From Planctomycetota bacterium (lineage in GTDB: Bacteria > Planctomycetota > GCA-002687715 > CAIWVZ01), in NCBI GenBank assembly GCA_044222185.1, contig JBGANV010000001.1, positions 768,001 to 832,000 of the forward strand: a stretch of 64,000 nt of DNA. Direction: 5' to 3'. Positions 59,101 through 64,000 of the stretch are shown in pieces. A model generated the notes under the pieces. That model was not told the origin of the DNA. It made no database searches and saw only the letters and a program-made list of their open reading frames with translations. Positions within the stretch are counted from its first letter, which is position 1; each line of letters starts with the position of its first letter. The translations under genes were made by a program, and so were the position numbers.

Positions 59101-61662
59101 TCACAGGCGCGGATCGACTGGCTCGCTCTCGAGCGCAAGCACGCCGAATGCGCATTCGTGAACACGACGCAACGGGTCCTTGCGAACGAAGCGTTCGACC
59201 CCCTCGAGCCCGAGCGCGAACTCCCGGAGTGCGAGGCTCCGCTTGTGCCCGAGGCCCCGTACTCGCAGGCGATCGAGCGACTCCGGCGTGTCGTAGGTCG
59301 GGCCGTAAATGATCCGCAGGTACTCCGGCCCGCGGCACTTCAACGCGGGCTGGACGAGTTTCGATCCGTCGCGCGCGACGTACGTGCGTGGTTTCACGAC
59401 GAACCCCTCGCCGCCCTTGGACGTGAGTTCGTTCCACCACTCGACGGCGCCGCTGACGGCACGGTCGTCCGCCAGGTCGACGAGACGCCACTCCGTCGGC
59501 CGGATGAGCGGATCGGCCTCGGCGAGGCAGCGGGCCGATTCCATGTGCCACACGTGATCCCTGTCGAAGAACGTGCGTCCTTCGGCGGCGAGAACGTGAA
59601 AGGGCGCGACGGCGACGTCGTCCAGTGAATCCACGGTCCAGCAGTAGTGTCGGTAGGCGTTGCGGAACCGCTCGACGCAGGTCACGTCCCGTTCGACGCG
59701 TGCCAGTGTTTCGGTCAGAGCGAGACCGCGCCCGTTGGCGGCGCGGAGAGTCTGCGCCGCGTTCTCCAGCGCCACGGTGGCAGCAGTTCCGACCGCCGCG
59801 TACTGCGACCGCAGCAGCTCTTGAGCCTTCAAGTTCCACGGCATGATCTCGCAGTCCAGTGCGAGCCAGTCGGACCGGAAGTCGTCCCAGACGCCGGCAC
59901 GTCCGAATGCAATCGCGAGGCGCTCGAGGAGCGCGCGCGTTCGTGGGGCGTCGAAGAACGGACGTCCCGTGCGCGTGTAGCAGGCTCCCAGTGCCGAAGT
60001 CCCGAAACGCGCGAGTCCCGCGGCCTCGTCGCGGCAGACGATGAGTATCGCTCGCGATCCCATGTGCTTCGTCTCGCAGACGACTTCCGGGACGGCATGG
60101 CGACGGAAATAGGCGAAAACCTCGTCTGGGTGCTCGAGGAAGCCTGGCCGTGTCGACGTCTCGCTCGGCGACATCGTGGGCGGCAGGTAGATCAGCCATC
60201 GGAAGTCGACCGCGAACCGGGAAACGGCTTCGAGGGCGGCGGCTGCGTGCTCCGCTCGGATCGTGATCGTCCGATCGAGGGGCGTCGGGATCACGTGCTT
60301 CCCCGTGAAGTCCTCGACTTCGAGGATTTCGTCGTGCTGCCATTGGAGCGGTATGGGAGCGGGACGCGGTGCGTCGGGGACGAGCGGCCTCGCCGGCTCA
60401 TACCAGGTCCGAGTGGCTCGTACGCTCACGAGCTGCTTCTCTGGGTAGCGAAGTGCCGTGAGTCGTCCGCCGAAGACACAGCCCTGGTCGATGTTGATCG
60501 TCCGATTGAGCCACTCGGGCTCGGGCGTTGGCGTGTGGCCATAGACCACGGTTGCTGAACCTCGGTAGGTCGCCGCCCAATTTCCACGAACGGGGAGGCC
60601 ATACTCGTCCGTCTCGCCGGTCGTCTCGCCGAACAGGGCGAAGTCGCGGACCGCAGGCGATCCACGGCCGATCATGTCCTGCCTCATTCCGGCGTGGGCG
60701 CACACGAGCCGACCGTCGTCGAAGACGAGGTGGGAGGCGAGGCCATCGACGATTCGGCAATATCGCTCCACGAACGGTTCGCGGTCCGCTGCCGAGAGCT
60801 CGTGGATTTCGCGCAGCGTGACCTCGAGGCCGTGAGAGATCTTGACCTTGCGACCAGTCAGGTGTCGGTGGAGTTTCACGTCGTGGTTGCCTGGCACCCA
60901 CCAGGCTGCGCCTCCTTCCACCATGTCCATCGCGAGACGCAACACGGCGACGTTGCGCGGGCCGCGATCACAGAGATCTCCCAGGAAGACGAACTTGCGG
61001 CCGTCAGGGTGACGGGGGACTCCGTCGGCACCGACCGCGTAGCCGAGGCGCGTCATGAGGTCCTGCAACTCGTCACCGCACCCGTGAACGTCCCCGACGA
61101 TGTCGAACGGCCCACGCTCGCCGCGCTTGTCGGAATGGAGCGGTACTCGTTGGATGGTGGCCGTCGAGATCTCGGACACGCCATCGAGGACGAAGACGTG
61201 GCTGAACCCCTCGCGCTTCATCCCCCCGAGGCTGCGTTGAATCGAGCGGGATTGCCCGGCGACGACGTGCGCGCCGAAATTGCGGTCCGGCCGCTCGTGA
61301 TTGCGTGCGTCGCACGTCCGCGCGGGGACGTCCAGAACGATCGCGATCGGCAAGGCATGCACCCGCCTGGCGAGTTCGACGAGGGGTTTTCGATCCTCAG
61401 AACGGGCGTTGGTCGCGTCGATGACGGTCAGTCGTCCCAGTCGCAGTCGCGCCTCTGCGATTCGATGCACGAGCTCGAACGCTTCCGGAGTCACCGACTG
61501 GTCGTTCTCGTCGTCGCTCACCATCCCGCGACAGACGTCGGAACTGACGACCTCCGTCGGCTTGAAGTGCTTCCTGGCGAAGGACGACTTCCCACTTCCG
61601 CTCGCACCCACGAGAACGACGAGTGCGAGCTGGGGAATGGAGATGACTCTTGGTTCGGTCAA
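59101..61662 (-). CDS. pnkp: Bacterial polynucleotide kinase-phosphatase-ligase Pnkp
   Basis: P-loop GASGSGKS, IDATN; metallophosphoesterase GDVHG, GDLCDRG, GNHD; ligase ETKHMGSRA, EGFVVKP, KCRG.EYLRIIYG; C-terminal VDPRL. Confidence 0.96.
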   Translation of the reverse strand: MTEPRVISIPQLALVVLVGASGSGKSSFARKHFKPTEVVSSDVCRGMVSDDENDQSVTPEAFELVHRIAEARLRLGRLTVIDATNARSEDRKPLVELARRVHALPIAIVLDVPARTCDARNHERPDRNFGAHVVAGQSRSIQRSLGGMKREGFSHVFVLDGVSEISTATIQRVPLHSDKRGERGPFDIVGDVHGCGDELQDLMTRLGYAVGADGVPRHPDGRKFVFLGDLCDRGPRNVAVLRLAMDMVEGGAAWWVPGNHDVKLHRHLTGRKVKISHGLEVTLREIHELSAADREPFVERYCRIVDGLASHLVFDDGRLVCAHAGMRQDMIGRGSPAVRDFALFGETTGETDEYGLPVRGNWAATYRGSATVVYGHTPTPEPEWLNRTINIDQGCVFGGRLTALRYPEKQLVSVRATRTWYEPARPLVPDAPRPAPIPLQWQHDEILEVEDFTGKHVIPTPLDRTITIRAEHAAAALEAVSRFAVDFRWLIYLPPTMSPSETSTRPGFLEHPDEVFAYFRRHAVPEVVCETKHMGSRAILIVCRDEAAGLARFGTSALGACYTRTGRPFFDAPRTRALLERLAIAFGRAGVWDDFRSDWLALDCEIMPWNLKAQELLRSQYAAVGTAATVALENAAQTLRAANGRGLALTETLARVERDVTCVERFRNAYRHYCWTVDSLDDVAVAPFHVLAAEGRTFFDRDHVWHMESARCLAEADPLIRPTEWRLVDLADDRAVSGAVEWWNELTSKGGEGFVVKPRTYVARDGSKLVQPALKCRGPEYLRIIYGPTYDTPESLDRLRVRGLGHKRSLALREFALGLEGVERFVRKDPLRRVHECAFGVLALESEPVDPRL

Positions 61663-63050
61663 GCATCCCTCCGATCGAAGATCGCCATCTGCGTGGGCGC
61701 CCCGACGTCCCGGTCAACCGGCCCTACGTCTGCGAACTGCACCGAGAAGTCGGGGGACGCCGACTCACACCAGGTGCGAAACTGCGCTCTCGACCATTCG
61801 AACCGATGATCACGGTGTCGCAGCGCCCCTCGTCGCATCCCATCGAAGCGGACGTTGTAGTCGACGTTCGGCGTGGTGATGACGACGCGGCGCGGCTTCA
61901 ATCGGTCGAAGACGATCCTCTTGAGCAGGTCGAGCCGTTCCAGGTCGACGTGCTCGATCACCTCGATGAGCGTGATCGCGTCGAAGCCGTCCAGTCGCCG
62001 GTCGTGGTACAGGAGGGACGACTGGAGAAGTGTGACGCGCCCCGCCGCGGGAGACCCCGGGCGATCGAGTTCGAGTCGTCTCTCGGCGCGCGACAGCGAT
62101 TCTGACGAGACGTCCGCGCCGACGATCTCGGTGAAACCGCGGTCCTGCGCAAGCGTCGCCAGCAATCGGCCCTCGCCGCATCCGATGTCGGCGATGCGCC
62201 GGAATGGCGGCTCACCAAATCGGAGCGCACGGACGACTGCCGCGATCCTCTGATCGGCGAGGCTGACGCGGGACTCGATCGCGTCCTCGTCGGACTGGTC
62301 TTCGTCATCGGCTGCGGCGGTTTCGACCGTCAGTTGCGACAAGGCGGCGTGAACGAGCGGGCGCTGGTACTTCAGGAACCGGTTCGAGATCAGGAGCTTT
62401 TCGGGATGGCGGTCGAGCCATCGGGCGCCGTGGTCGCGGAGTTTTTCGACCTCCGCGTCACCGACGAAGTAGTGCTTCTCCGTGTCGAGTACGGGGAGGA
62501 GCACGTAGAGGTGGGCCAGGAGGTCCTGGACGGTCTGCCGGCCCGCGATCTGGAGACTGAGCAGGCTCGCGTCGCCCCATTCGGGAACGCTCGGGTCGAG
62601 CGCATGCGTCGTTGCCGTGACCGAGTAGCCGAGGGGAGCGAACAGCCTCGTCGCCATCGCCGCGCCGCCCTTGACGACGACGGCAGGGATCCGGGCGGAC
62701 AGCTCCAGGGGCTCGTTCACGAGCGCCTGGCGATCCCGGCTCCTTCCGGCGAGCGCCGTCGAGAAGGCCTCGCGGAGAGCGACACTCGTGAGGCTGGAGG
62801 CGACGTACGGGCGGTCGTTCACGTACTCAGCAAGTGGCGTCGCGCGATCTCGGCCGCGAACGGGGTGTACGGGGTCCACTTCGACGAGCATGGCGACCGT
62901 CGCGCGGCTCGGCCCCGACTCGGGGTAGAACACCGTGACTCGGCCGAAGGACACCTCGCGCCGGAAGATCGAATCAGGGTGTTTGTGAAGCAGGAACCCG
63001 AAATCGTCGGCGCGAGCGCCCTCGCAGCTGATCGTGAGAAGCAACGTCAT
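61659..63050 (-). CDS. hen1: 3' terminal RNA ribose 2'-O-methyltransferase Hen1
   Basis: LLTIS, GFLLHKHP, YVNDRPYVASS, HLYVLLPVLD..KHY; DIGCGEG, EVIEH, TTPN, RHRDHRFEW; TGA overlaps the pnkp TTG. Confidence 0.96.
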   Translation of the reverse strand: MTLLLTISCEGARADDFGFLLHKHPDSIFRREVSFGRVTVFYPESGPSRATVAMLVEVDPVHPVRGRDRATPLAEYVNDRPYVASSLTSVALREAFSTALAGRSRDRQALVNEPLELSARIPAVVVKGGAAMATRLFAPLGYSVTATTHALDPSVPEWGDASLLSLQIAGRQTVQDLLAHLYVLLPVLDTEKHYFVGDAEVEKLRDHGARWLDRHPEKLLISNRFLKYQRPLVHAALSQLTVETAAADDEDQSDEDAIESRVSLADQRIAAVVRALRFGEPPFRRIADIGCGEGRLLATLAQDRGFTEIVGADVSSESLSRAERRLELDRPGSPAAGRVTLLQSSLLYHDRRLDGFDAITLIEVIEHVDLERLDLLKRIVFDRLKPRRVVITTPNVDYNVRFDGMRRGALRHRDHRFEWSRAQFRTWCESASPDFSVQFADVGPVDRDVGAPTQMAIFDRRDA

Positions 63051-64000
63051 CCTCCGCGGAAGGGCGACATGTAATCCGCGGCATCGGCGTACCCTGGCGC
63101 CCTCTTGCAGTGGCGGTCCGGGCAGTCGTCGGTCGGCCCCACAGGCGGGATCACGACGGCCGGGGCCCCGGTCGCCGCAGGTTCGGCGCGGCACCGGCGG
63201 GGAAGCCCGGACGCCGGGATTTCGAGGGGGCGGCTTCCCCGGTCTCACGTGGGTGACCCGCGAATGCCGACGATTCAGGAGATGACACCGGAAGCTCCGG
63301 GCATCGAACCGGAAGAAGGTCTCGGAAGGGAATCGGACGGCGGTCGGCCACGGTCTTTCAGGCCGGTGCGGTCCGAGATGGGGCGGGAGCGATCCCATTC
63401 CCGCGGCGACGCGGACCCCACGCCGGTCGGGAACTTCGTGACGGCGAGGTGTCAGGACTGCGGAACGAGCTATCCTCCACGGTTGGTTCGTCGGCGAAGC
63501 GTTCGTCGGCATCCACTTCACTCGACCTGGCTCGGCGAGCGATGAGCAGCGGTTTGCGAGCCTTTCCCCTCGGGAGCATCGCACATGGCAGGTCGCGGCC
63601 CGGAAGCTCTACTGACGCGTCAGCGAGAACGAGCGATCCAGGTGGAGCAAGCCGCAGAGGACCTGACGCCTCGCGCGTGCAGGAGCGGCGCCGAGGCGCG
63701 TTGCGCGGCCCGAGATCCCATGGAGCGGACGTACGTTCCGTTCGGCCGCAACTGAGTTCTCCTGCATCGTGACCTCGATCCACACGCCCTCACCCATGAC
63801 GCGCGACGTGCCGGCATTCCGTGGCCGACGGACTCCCGGTGTCGTCGGAGCGGAATCGTGGGGGAGGATCATCGTCGCGTCCACTTCGTCATCGCGGACG
63901 GTCGTCCGCGCGCGAGTCGCCGGAAACCGCCCGCGGCGCTTCGTGAAATGCCTCACGCTCGGCGGTCGCGTTGAGAGTGCGAGTGGGGTTGCACCGCACC

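Overview
High-GC bacterial DNA, most consistent with a Planctomycetota genome. This is inferred from the DUF1800/DUF1501 pair, an ECF sigma + Ser/Thr kinase pair, an ECF with a long transmembrane extension, and many secreted Gly/Pro/Thr-rich proteins. About 50 CDSs are supported. Bases 1-18.2 kb hold mostly envelope and housekeeping genes: APC permease end, S46 dipeptidyl peptidase, DUF1800/DUF1501, extended ECF, M28 peptidase, membrane-fused NDH-2 with a repeat membrane partner, MATE, SYLF lipoprotein. A tRNA-Asn(GTT) at 18454-18525 is followed by a ~2.2 kb integrase-less islet bounded by a ~205 bp imperfect direct repeat that starts in the tRNA 3' end. The islet carries an orphan lipoprotein, a frameshifted mazF/antitoxin relic, and an intact two-gene RHH + 80-aa module that looks like an uncharacterised toxin-antitoxin system. 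Accessory genes follow: ECF/STK/epoxide hydrolase (the kinase has an in-frame TAG), YciI + ECF42, ydbH-ynbE-ydbL, arsR-arsC-arsM-acr3, thioredoxin-fold proteins, a coupled acyltransferase + RPH-like dikinase, HDOD, and the Hen1-Pnkp RNA repair operon. Five secreted proteins share a recurring Q-[AM]-A...[ST]-[NQ]-[AG]...G module, at the extreme C-terminus in three of them, which is a candidate lineage-specific sorting or anchoring domain. No CRISPR array, rRNA, integrase or transposase was seen. All family calls come from motif recognition by eye; no database searches were run.
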